64,000 nt of DNA from an uncultured Alphaproteobacteria bacterium (lineage in GTDB: Bacteria > Pseudomonadota > Alphaproteobacteria > HIMB59 > GCA-002718135), in NCBI GenBank assembly GCA_902592345.1, contig CACJEE010000001.1, positions 46,038-110,037 of the forward strand, written 5' to 3'. The notes beneath the pieces were generated by a model. The model saw nothing but the letters and a program-made list of their open reading frames with translations. It searched no databases and was not told where the DNA came from. Below, piece by piece: positions 54,591 to 63,003 of this stretch (the first letter of the stretch is position 1; each line of letters begins with the position of its first letter). Both the position numbers and the translations under genes were made by a program.

Positions 54591-55490
54591 ATGAATAAAA
54601 AACTAAGATCTTTTAATTCTCCTACATTTTTAGCTTACGCACTAATAGCTCCTGCAGCCATTTATATTCTGTTAATTGTTGCGTGGCCAGTTCTTGAAAC
54701 AATAAGACTATCTTTTACAAACTCTAGTTTAGCAGGAGAGGATTATGTTGGTTTTGAAAATTACGAAAAAATGCTCTCAAGTAAAAAGTTTAATAAAATT
54801 GTTACAAGAACTTTTGTTTGGATGTTTTTCTCAGTAAGTTTGAAGTTAATTATTGGCTTAATTGGAGCAATTTTATTGAATGCTAACTTAAGAGGCCGAT
54901 CTATGTTTAGGGTTTTAATAATGCCTCCATGGGTGGTGCCAATTGCTATAGGTATGCTTGGATGGCTTTGGCTTTATAATGGTTATTTTGGTATAATTGC
55001 TGGTGTAGGCATGCATACAGGAATTTTGGATGGCCCCTTTGGTTTTCTTGCATACAAGCAAAGCGCATTTATTTCTACAATTGTAGCTGACGTATGGGTT
55101 GGCACTCCAATGGTAACAGTTTTTTTCTTAGCAGCAATGCAAGGAGTTCCAAGAGATTTATATGAAGCCGCTTATTGTGATGGAGCTTCCAGATGGGACA
55201 GATTTTTTAAAATCACCCTTCCTCAAATTACACCTGTTATTATTACTATGTCTATATTATCAGCAATTTGGACTTTCAATTCTTTTGAAATTATTTGGAT
55301 ATTGACTGAAGGGGGGCCAAGAGGTGCAACAACCACTTTAATTATTGATACATATAAACAGGCCTTAGGTAACTATAAATTTGGAAGAGGTGCAGCTAGA
55401 GCAGTTGTTGTAATGATTTTATTAACTTTATTTGCAGGTTTTTATCTAGCTCTTCTAGCTAGAATTAATAAGAAGATTTCACATGGATAG
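54591..55490 (+). CDS. carbohydrate ABC transporter permease (MalF/CUT1 type)
   Basis: 299 aa, six spans, with EAA loop YEAAYCDGASRWDRFFKITLP. Confidence 0.85.
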   Translation: MNKKLRSFNSPTFLAYALIAPAAIYILLIVAWPVLETIRLSFTNSSLAGEDYVGFENYEKMLSSKKFNKIVTRTFVWMFFSVSLKLIIGLIGAILLNANLRGRSMFRVLIMPPWVVPIAIGMLGWLWLYNGYFGIIAGVGMHTGILDGPFGFLAYKQSAFISTIVADVWVGTPMVTVFFLAAMQGVPRDLYEAAYCDGASRWDRFFKITLPQITPVIITMSILSAIWTFNSFEIIWILTEGGPRGATTTLIIDTYKQALGNYKFGRGAARAVVVMILLTLFAGFYLALLARINKKISHG

Positions 55491-56322
55491 ATATACATTT
55501 TTAGAAAAGTTTTTTATTTATTCGGCAATTTTTATTTTTATGACCTTTATTCTTTTGCCTTTTGTAGAGATGTTTTATGCATCTCTTCGACCATTAGATC
55601 ATTTATTTAGATCACCTTATCAATTCTATTCAGATGATTTATCATTCTGGGCCTACAGCGAAATGTGGAACACGGTACCTATGTTAGGACGGTATATATT
55701 TAATAGTTTTTTCTTAGCATCATCTGTAGCAATTTTAACTTTACTTTTTGTTATTCCTGCTGCTTATTCTTATGCAAGATTTAATTTTCCTTTCAAAAAT
55801 TCTTCCTTGTATATTTTATTGGCAATTAATATGTTCTCTGGGGCTGTTTTATTAATCCCTTTATACAAAGTACTAAGAACATTTGGACTTTTGAATAGTT
55901 ATCAAGCAATGATTGTTCCTGGAGTTGCTTTTTTAATACCCACATCAATATGGTTATTAAAATCTTATTTTGAAAAAATACCTGTAGATCTTGAAGAGGC
56001 AGCTTTTGTTGACGGCGCTTCAAGAGTTCAAATTCTTCGTCATATTATTGCACCTCTGAGCACACCTGGCTTGGTAGTAGTTGGTATCTATGCATTTATC
56101 GGTGCCTATGCTCAACAATTCTTATTTGCTATCACCTTCAACCAAAAGAAAGAATATATGCCAATACCTTCAGGGTTATATGAGTTTATTGGATATCAAA
56201 GTGTAAAATGGAATGAAATGATGGCAGCCTCATTGGTTGGAATAGCACCTGTATTGATTTTATTTATTTTTTTACAAAAATACATTGTGGAAGGATTAAC
56301 TGCTGGAGCAGTTAAAAACTAG
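55483..56322 (+). CDS. carbohydrate ABC transporter permease (MalG/CUT1 type), copy A
   Basis: 279 aa with EAA loop EEAAFVDGASRVQILRHIIAP. 8-nt overlap with the MalF-type gene. Confidence 0.85.
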   Translation: MDRYTFLEKFFIYSAIFIFMTFILLPFVEMFYASLRPLDHLFRSPYQFYSDDLSFWAYSEMWNTVPMLGRYIFNSFFLASSVAILTLLFVIPAAYSYARFNFPFKNSSLYILLAINMFSGAVLLIPLYKVLRTFGLLNSYQAMIVPGVAFLIPTSIWLLKSYFEKIPVDLEEAAFVDGASRVQILRHIIAPLSTPGLVVVGIYAFIGAYAQQFLFAITFNQKKEYMPIPSGLYEFIGYQSVKWNEMMAASLVGIAPVLILFIFLQKYIVEGLTAGAVKN

Positions 56323-56323
56323 A

Positions 56324-57163
56324 TTGAATAAATATAAACTTTACGAAAAAATAATTTTATATTTTTCAATTACAATTTTTTTAATCTTTATATTACTTCC
56401 TTTTGTTGAAATGTTTTATGCATCTCTTCGCCCATTAGATCATTTATTTAGATCACCTTATCAATTTTTTTCTGATGACCTATCTTTCTGGGCTTATAGA
56501 GAAATGTGGAATACAGTACCAATGCTTCCAAGATATATATTTAATAGTTTTTTTCTTGCATCAGTTACTTCATTAATTACTCTTTTATTTGTTATTCCTG
56601 CTGCTTATTCATATGCACGATTTAATTTTCCTTTCAAAAATTCTTCCTTGTATATTTTATTAGCAATTAATATGTTCTCTGGAGCAGTGCTTCTTATTCC
56701 TTTATATAAAGTTCTCAGAACTTTTGGATTATTAAATACATATCAGGCAATGATTGTCCCTGGTGTAGCTTTTCTAATTCCAACTGCTATTTGGCTACTA
56801 AAATCATATTTTGAAAAAATACCTGTAGATCTGGAAGAGGCAGCTTTTGTTGACGGCGCTTCAAGAGTGCAAATTTTAAGACATATTATAGCTCCTTTGA
56901 GCACACCAGGATTAGTTGTTGTGGGTATTTATGCATTTATCGGTGCCTATGCTCAACAATTCTTATTTGCTATCACCTTCAACCAAAAGAAAGAATATAT
57001 GCCAATTCCATCCGGATTGTATGAATTTATTGGTTACACTACGGTTAAATGGAATGAAATGATGGCAGCCTCATTAGTTGGAATAGCACCTGTATTGATT
57101 TTATTTATATTTTTACAAAAATACATTGTGGAAGGATTAACCTCAGGAGCGGTAAAAAACTAG
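56324..57163 (+). CDS. carbohydrate ABC transporter permease (MalG/CUT1 type), copy B
   Basis: 279 aa, ungapped alignment to copy A. The only in-frame start near the 5' end is TTG 56324, 1 nt after the copy A stop. Confidence 0.8.
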   Translation: MNKYKLYEKIILYFSITIFLIFILLPFVEMFYASLRPLDHLFRSPYQFFSDDLSFWAYREMWNTVPMLPRYIFNSFFLASVTSLITLLFVIPAAYSYARFNFPFKNSSLYILLAINMFSGAVLLIPLYKVLRTFGLLNTYQAMIVPGVAFLIPTAIWLLKSYFEKIPVDLEEAAFVDGASRVQILRHIIAPLSTPGLVVVGIYAFIGAYAQQFLFAITFNQKKEYMPIPSGLYEFIGYTTVKWNEMMAASLVGIAPVLILFIFLQKYIVEGLTSGAVKN

Positions 57164-57235
57164 CCTTAAACAGTAAAACAACCTTGATCCATATTACTAC
57201 TTAATGTTAAGTGTTTTGTAAATAATGGAGGAAAT

Positions 57236-58447
57236 ATGAATTTAAAAAAACTATCTTCATTTCTTATAATTTCAATATTTTCACTTACCGGTTTTAAGTC
57301 TTTTGCAGCTGATGTGCATGGGGTTTTTTGTGGTAGTGATCTTAGACCTAATTACGTAGAAATAGCTGATGAGTATATGAAAAATAATCCTGGTGTTAAT
57401 GTAACATTAGAGGCTGTTCCTTGGGGTACTTGTCAGGATAAAGTAATAAATCTTGCAATTGCAGGAGATCCAGTTGCATTTTCTTATGTAGGTTCAAGAA
57501 CTTTAAAAGGTCTTGCAGAGAATGGACATATTTTAGAAACAAATATCCCTGCTTCTCAACAAGCGATGTATCAACCAGGTATTTTGAATACAGTTACGCA
57601 TATGGGCAAAACTTGGGGTTTCCCTCACGCGTTTTCAACTAAAGCTCTTTTCATGAATTGTGGTTTACTAGAGCAAGCAGGTGTTGCTTGTAAAGGGCCT
57701 CAAACATGGGATGAATTGTATTCAATGGCAGAAGCTGTGACAAATAATGTTGCTGGAGTTGCTGGTATTGGTTTAGCAGGTAAAGATTTTGATAATACAA
57801 TGCACCAATTCTTAAACTATCTCTATAGTAATGGAGGGCAAGTTATTGATCCTCTAACAAATGAGATAACTCTTGATTCATCTAATACAGTTCAAGCTCT
57901 AGAATTTTATGGAAAACTTGCTAACGTATCACAAGAAGGCCCATTAGCTTGGGAGAGATCTCAACTTACTGAACTTTTCAATGATGAAAAAATTGCAATG
58001 TACATTAATGGCCCTTGGGGTAGAGGTCAGCATAAGGAAGGATTAAATGTAAGTACAGTTAGAATTCCTGCTGGACCACAAGGTAGTCAAGGCACTTTAC
58101 TAATCACAGATAGTATTGCTGTTTTTAACAATACTGGCGTTGAAGATCATGCAATGGAATTAGCAAGTATAATTTCATCAGGTGATTCTCAATACAGCTT
58201 AGATACTGATTGGGGTTTAACTCCAATTATGCAGTATCCTCAAATTGGAGCAGTAGCACCATACAATGAAGATTATTGGATGATGTTTATTGATGCAATC
58301 GGTGATGGAGGACCTGAGCCACTATTTGTTGATTACAAAGCATTCCAAGCTGTTATGAACTCAATGATTCAAGGAGCAATTCTTGAAGAAGGAGATCCTG
58401 CAGATTTAGTTGCTGAAGCAGCTGAAGAATTGGAAGAATATAAGTAA
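57236..58447 (+). CDS. carbohydrate ABC transporter substrate-binding protein (family 1)
   Basis: 403 aa with a signal peptide (…GFKSFA|AD) and a GGAGG SD. Confidence 0.8.
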   Translation: MNLKKLSSFLIISIFSLTGFKSFAADVHGVFCGSDLRPNYVEIADEYMKNNPGVNVTLEAVPWGTCQDKVINLAIAGDPVAFSYVGSRTLKGLAENGHILETNIPASQQAMYQPGILNTVTHMGKTWGFPHAFSTKALFMNCGLLEQAGVACKGPQTWDELYSMAEAVTNNVAGVAGIGLAGKDFDNTMHQFLNYLYSNGGQVIDPLTNEITLDSSNTVQALEFYGKLANVSQEGPLAWERSQLTELFNDEKIAMYINGPWGRGQHKEGLNVSTVRIPAGPQGSQGTLLITDSIAVFNNTGVEDHAMELASIISSGDSQYSLDTDWGLTPIMQYPQIGAVAPYNEDYWMMFIDAIGDGGPEPLFVDYKAFQAVMNSMIQGAILEEGDPADLVAEAAEELEEYK

Positions 58448-58461
58448 AATCTTTTTATTAT

Positions 58462-58482
58462 GCTGGGGTTTTTAACCCCAGC
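58462..58482 (+). terminator. stem-loop after the SBP gene (possible terminator/attenuator)
   Basis: GCTGGGGTT-ttt-AACCCCAGC, a perfect 9-bp stem 14 nt after the stop. There is no clear downstream T-run, so termination is uncertain. Confidence 0.4.
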
Positions 58483-58499
58483 AAATATCTCACAAAAGT

Positions 58500-59228
58500 A
58501 TGAGCAGTCTAAGCAAAAAATATTTATCTATAATTAGTAAAATTTTAGACAAAATCTCAGATGAAGAAGAAAAGAAAATTACAGATTGTGCAAAGATCAT
58601 TGCAGACTCATATAAAAAAGGAGGACAATTATATATTTTTGGAACTGGACATTCTCGACTTTTAGGTGAAGAAGCTTTTCATAGAGCAGGTGGCTTTGCT
58701 GCAGCTTGTCCTATAAGAGATGATAATCTTACTTTTAAAAAAGGTGCAAAAAAAGCAACTTCATTGGAAAGAACTCCAAATGTTGCTAGAAAAGCTCTTA
58801 ATAAATATAATATTACAAAAAAAGATATTTTAATGATTGTATCAAACTCTGGGGTTAATCACGCTCCAGTAGAAGCTGCAATAATAGCTAAAGAAAAGAA
58901 CATTAAAACTATTGCTTTAACATCTGTTAAATATTCCAAAAAGGCTCCACTTTCAAAACTTAATAAGAAACTATATGAAATAGTAGATATTTTTATAGAT
59001 AACAAAATTCCTCCTGGCGATACAGTTATAAGTGTGAACAAATTTAGTGTTGGTCCTGTATCTACAATAACAGGATCTTTCATTTTAAATGCTATATTGA
59101 TTGAAGTAGCATCAATGTTAAAAACCGAAAAAATTTTTCCTTTTTATATTAGCTCAAATATGCCTAACGCAACTAAAAATAATACTAAACTTGAAAACAA
59201 ATTTAGAAAACAAAACCCACATTTATAA
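58500..59228 (+). CDS. SIS-domain protein (UPF0309-like sugar-phosphate-binding protein)
   Basis: 242 aa with a GGQLYIFGTGHS and VSNSGVN SIS pattern. Confidence 0.7.
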   Translation: MSSLSKKYLSIISKILDKISDEEEKKITDCAKIIADSYKKGGQLYIFGTGHSRLLGEEAFHRAGGFAAACPIRDDNLTFKKGAKKATSLERTPNVARKALNKYNITKKDILMIVSNSGVNHAPVEAAIIAKEKNIKTIALTSVKYSKKAPLSKLNKKLYEIVDIFIDNKIPPGDTVISVNKFSVGPVSTITGSFILNAILIEVASMLKTEKIFPFYISSNMPNATKNNTKLENKFRKQNPHL

Positions 59229-59284
59229 TATGTTAGTTTAAAAAAAATTTTAATAAATATTTAGGATTAATTATTAGGAATAAA

Positions 59285-60367
59285 ATGAGTAAAATTTCAG
59301 GCACTATAGTTAACTATGACTCATCGTTTCAAGCTGAAATTGAGTTTGATAAATCAATAAATAAAATAAATAAAATCAATCAACTTAATAATAAAAATAT
59401 TATTATACCTGGTTTTATTGACCTTCATTGTCATGGGGGTGGTGGGTTTGATACAATGGATGGCAAAGATGCAATAGAGCAGATGTCTAAATATCATTTA
59501 TCTAAAGGAACAACTTCTTTGCTACCTACAACTTGGACAAGTACTTATGATCATACCTTAAAATCACTTACTGAATTTAATTCATTGATTAATGAAAATT
59601 CAAATATCTTAGGTGTACATTTAGAAGGTCCGTTTATAAATCCTAATAAACTTGGCGCTCAGCCACCTAGAACCTTATTGCCATCTAAAGAGTTTATTGA
59701 AGGAATTTCAAAATTAGCACCAATTAAAACAATTACATTAGCACCAGAATTAGATGGAATGAGTGATTTTATAGCTTTTTTAATTGAAAAAAAAATCAAT
59801 ATTCAATTTGGTCATTCGCTTGCAGACAGTGATTGTTGTGAAAAATATATGAATAAATATAAAGTAAGTTTTACCCATTTATATAATGCTATGTCAGCGA
59901 ATAATCATAGAAAGCCAGGAGTTTTGTCTGCAGCTCTATTAAAAGGTAAATTTGCTGAAATTATTTGTGATATGAATCATGTAAGTAAAGAGTCAATTCT
60001 AATAGCAAAAAAATGTATTCCTAACTTGTATGCAATAACTGATTCAATAAGTGCAAGTGGATTAAGCAATGGAGACTATAAATTTGCTGAAGTAGATATC
60101 ATTAAGACTGATAAAAAAGTTGTGATTAAAGAATCAGGCACTTTGGCAGGGAGTATAGTAAATATGTATGAAACTTTTTTAAATTTATTAAAAATCAATT
60201 TATCTATGGAAGATGTTGTCAAAATGACAAGTTTTTCAGCAGCGAAATATTTAAATGATGATACTATTGGGTATATAAAAGAAGGTTATAGATCAAATTT
60301 TTTAGTTTTAGATCAAGATTTAAATATTGAAAAAATTTTTTTAAATGGAAATTTAGTTAATGACTAA
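59285..60367 (+). CDS. nagA: N-acetylglucosamine-6-phosphate deacetylase
   Basis: 360 aa with PGFIDLHCHGGGGFD and HLEGPFINP motifs. Confidence 0.85.
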   Translation: MSKISGTIVNYDSSFQAEIEFDKSINKINKINQLNNKNIIIPGFIDLHCHGGGGFDTMDGKDAIEQMSKYHLSKGTTSLLPTTWTSTYDHTLKSLTEFNSLINENSNILGVHLEGPFINPNKLGAQPPRTLLPSKEFIEGISKLAPIKTITLAPELDGMSDFIAFLIEKKINIQFGHSLADSDCCEKYMNKYKVSFTHLYNAMSANNHRKPGVLSAALLKGKFAEIICDMNHVSKESILIAKKCIPNLYAITDSISASGLSNGDYKFAEVDIIKTDKKVVIKESGTLAGSIVNMYETFLNLLKINLSMEDVVKMTSFSAAKYLNDDTIGYIKEGYRSNFLVLDQDLNIEKIFLNGNLVND

Positions 60368-61382
60368 TTCTTTAGTCTTAAAAGAAGCGCTGAGCATACC
60401 AAGTGTTATAAGTCAATTTGCTTTTAGTGATAAAAATCCATATCAGGAAATAGCTGATTTGATTAATCAAAAAAAAATAAAATATATTGTGACTATTGCA
60501 AGAGGAACCTCAGATTGTGCTGCATTATATAGTTCATATATTTTTGCAAAATATCTAGGATTACCATCCTATAGTATGCCACCATCAATTATTACTCTGG
60601 AAAAATCAAAATTTAATTTTTCTGAAGCATTAGTAATTGTTATTAGTCAATCAGGTAAAAGTGCTGATTTAATTGAGTGTGAAAAAAAATCACAAGAATT
60701 TGGTGCCATTACCATGTTAATATCTAATAATGAAAACAGCCCTATTATTAATTCTGCTAATTATTTCTTTAATATGTTTGCAGGTGTAGAAAAAAGTGTT
60801 GCTGCTACTAAATCATTTGTACAAACTTTATTAATATTGAAAAAACTAGTTTTTATTTGCCAAGGAAAACAAAAAATTAATGATAGTATAAAACTATTAA
60901 GTGATACGCTTTTGAAGGATGAAAATAATCAATGGAGTATTGATCAAGTAGATAATATTATTAATTCAGGTTTTATACTTGGAAGAGGCGTTGGTTTCGC
61001 ACTTTCCAACGAGATGTCTCTAAAATTCAAAGAATTATGTCAAGAAATGATAGAGCCTTTTAGTAGTGCAGAAGTGATGCATGGACCCAAAAGCCTTATT
61101 CAAGATACATTTAAAATTTTTACTCTAAGTATGAATGACAAAAGTGGTTTAACTGTTCAAAATGACAGTAATGAAATTACAAAATATACAAAACTAGTCT
61201 ATAATATTTCTTCAAATAAAAACCAAAGTAAAAATTTTTACTTTCCTTCAAATCCAATTACAGAATTTGACTCGATAGTTATAATGTCAAAATTTTATCC
61301 ATGGGTTGTTCGCTATACTCAAAATAAAGGACTTGATCCTGATAAGCCTCGTTATTTAACTAAAGTTACTCAAACTTTTTAA
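60360..61382 (+). CDS. double-SIS-domain sugar-amine-6-phosphate deaminase/isomerase (NagB-II/AgaS-like)
   Basis: 340 aa with a GlmS-isomerase-like pattern (ARGTSDCAA, SQSGKSADL). 8-nt overlap with nagA. Confidence 0.75.
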   Translation: MTNSLVLKEALSIPSVISQFAFSDKNPYQEIADLINQKKIKYIVTIARGTSDCAALYSSYIFAKYLGLPSYSMPPSIITLEKSKFNFSEALVIVISQSGKSADLIECEKKSQEFGAITMLISNNENSPIINSANYFFNMFAGVEKSVAATKSFVQTLLILKKLVFICQGKQKINDSIKLLSDTLLKDENNQWSIDQVDNIINSGFILGRGVGFALSNEMSLKFKELCQEMIEPFSSAEVMHGPKSLIQDTFKIFTLSMNDKSGLTVQNDSNEITKYTKLVYNISSNKNQSKNFYFPSNPITEFDSIVIMSKFYPWVVRYTQNKGLDPDKPRYLTKVTQTF

Positions 61383-61386
61383 TATT

Positions 61387-63003
61387 TTGGAAAATTTTGA
61401 CATAGTCCTAGTTGGTGCTGGTTCAGCAGGGTGTATTGTAGCTAATCAGATAATCAATAGTACTAATTATAAAGTATTGTTGATAGAGGCTGGACCAAGT
61501 GACAATAATCCAATTATCCAAGTACCTCTTGGTTATGGAATGACTTTTTATCATAAAAAAATGAATTGGAATTTTTATTCAGAAATTCAAAAAAATTTAC
61601 ATAATCGAGAAATTTATTATCCACGTGGTAAAGTTTTAGGAGGTTCTAGTTCTATTAATGCCATGATCTATGCAAGAGGCTTGCGCTCTGATTTTGAAAA
61701 TTGGGATTTAAGTAAAAATTGGTCATGGGAGAATATTAAAACAACATATGATCAAATAGAATTTGCTGTTAATAATAAGACTAAAAGATTACCTTCTAAT
61801 AAAATTCCTGTAAATGATATTAGCAAACAACACCATCCAATTCTAAAGAATTTTTTTGATGCATCTAATGATTTTAATTTTACTTTTAATAAACAGCTTA
61901 AAAGCTCAATTGAAAATCAAGTAGGTAATTATAATGTTAACATATTTAAAGGTTTTAGAACTTCATCATCTAAAGTATTTTTAAAACCTATAAAAAGCCA
62001 TCCTAATTTAACAATTTTTACTAAAACAGAAGTTCTAAAATTAAATTACCAAAATAAAAAAATAGTAAGCTTAGATATTAAGCATAAAAATAAAATAATT
62101 TCTGTGAAACCTAAGATTGGAACCATACTTACTAGTGGCTCCATTATGACACCTTATCTGTTATTAAAATCAGGGATAGGAAATGCAAGTGATTTAAAAG
62201 AATTTAATTTACCAGTTAATTTGCATAGCTCTCATGTTGGTAAAAATTTTCAAGATCATTTGGGTTTAGATTATTTGTATAAAACATTCACTGAGACCTT
62301 AAATAAAGATTTAGGTACTTGGGGTGGTAGAATAAAATCAGTTTTAAAATATCTCTTTAATAGGAGTGGACCACTTGCATTAAGTTTAAACCAAGGAGGA
62401 GGATATATTAATTGGAATTCTCTTGATCCACATCCTAATATTCAACTATATTTTAATCCCTTAACTTATTCTGTTTCATATAAAAATAGAAGACCCTTAC
62501 TTAATACTGATAAATTTAATGGTTTTATTTTGGGCTTTAATTCATGCAGACCTAAAAGTTTAGGTGAAGTAAAACTAAAGTCATTTAAAGACGGTTATCT
62601 ACCAAGTATCAATCCAAATTATTTAAGTGATGAAAGAGATATTCACGATTTGTATGCAACATTTGATTTTATAAGAAAATTTTCTGCAAATAAAAACATA
62701 AGCAATATAATTAAATCTCCAGTTAACATTGATCCTCTAATTGCTACAGATCATGAATTGCTTGATCACTTTAGGTCTAATGCGACAACGATTTACCACC
62801 CGTGTGGAACATGCAGAATGAGTAAAGATATTGGTACGGGCGTAGTATCTGATAAATTGAAAGTTCACGGTTTAGATAATCTATGGATAGTGGATGCTTC
62901 AATTATGCCAAATATTACCTCAGGAAATATTAATGCACCTGTGATGATGTTAGCGCATTTATCTAGCAAAATTATTTTAGAAGAATTAAAACAACAATAT
63001 TGA
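61387..63003 (+). CDS. GMC-family oxidoreductase (choline-dehydrogenase-like)
   Basis: 538 aa, TTG start. Motifs VGAGSAGC, GGSSSINAM and C-terminal HPCGTCRM are present. Confidence 0.85.
   Translation: MENFDIVLVGAGSAGCIVANQIINSTNYKVLLIEAGPSDNNPIIQVPLGYGMTFYHKKMNWNFYSEIQKNLHNREIYYPRGKVLGGSSSINAMIYARGLRSDFENWDLSKNWSWENIKTTYDQIEFAVNNKTKRLPSNKIPVNDISKQHHPILKNFFDASNDFNFTFNKQLKSSIENQVGNYNVNIFKGFRTSSSKVFLKPIKSHPNLTIFTKTEVLKLNYQNKKIVSLDIKHKNKIISVKPKIGTILTSGSIMTPYLLLKSGIGNASDLKEFNLPVNLHSSHVGKNFQDHLGLDYLYKTFTETLNKDLGTWGGRIKSVLKYLFNRSGPLALSLNQGGGYINWNSLDPHPNIQLYFNPLTYSVSYKNRRPLLNTDKFNGFILGFNSCRPKSLGEVKLKSFKDGYLPSINPNYLSDERDIHDLYATFDFIRKFSANKNISNIIKSPVNIDPLIATDHELLDHFRSNATTIYHPCGTCRMSKDIGTGVVSDKLKVHGLDNLWIVDASIMPNITSGNINAPVMMLAHLSSKIILEELKQQY

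Larger units (their letters stand above)
55483..57163 (+). repeat. tandem duplication of an 841-nt unit (two MalG-type permease genes)
   Basis: Copies are offset by exactly 841 nt. My hand alignment gives 253/279 identical residues. There is a perfectly identical 77-nt block (56089-56165 = 56930-57006), alongside blocks dense with synonymous changes. Confidence 0.9.

Noticed and set aside
56324-57163. Copy B of the duplicated permease as a pseudogene because it has only a TTG start
   Set aside because: The frame is fully open, and nearly all nucleotide differences from copy A are synonymous. That indicates selection for function, and translational coupling to copy A can explain the weak start.
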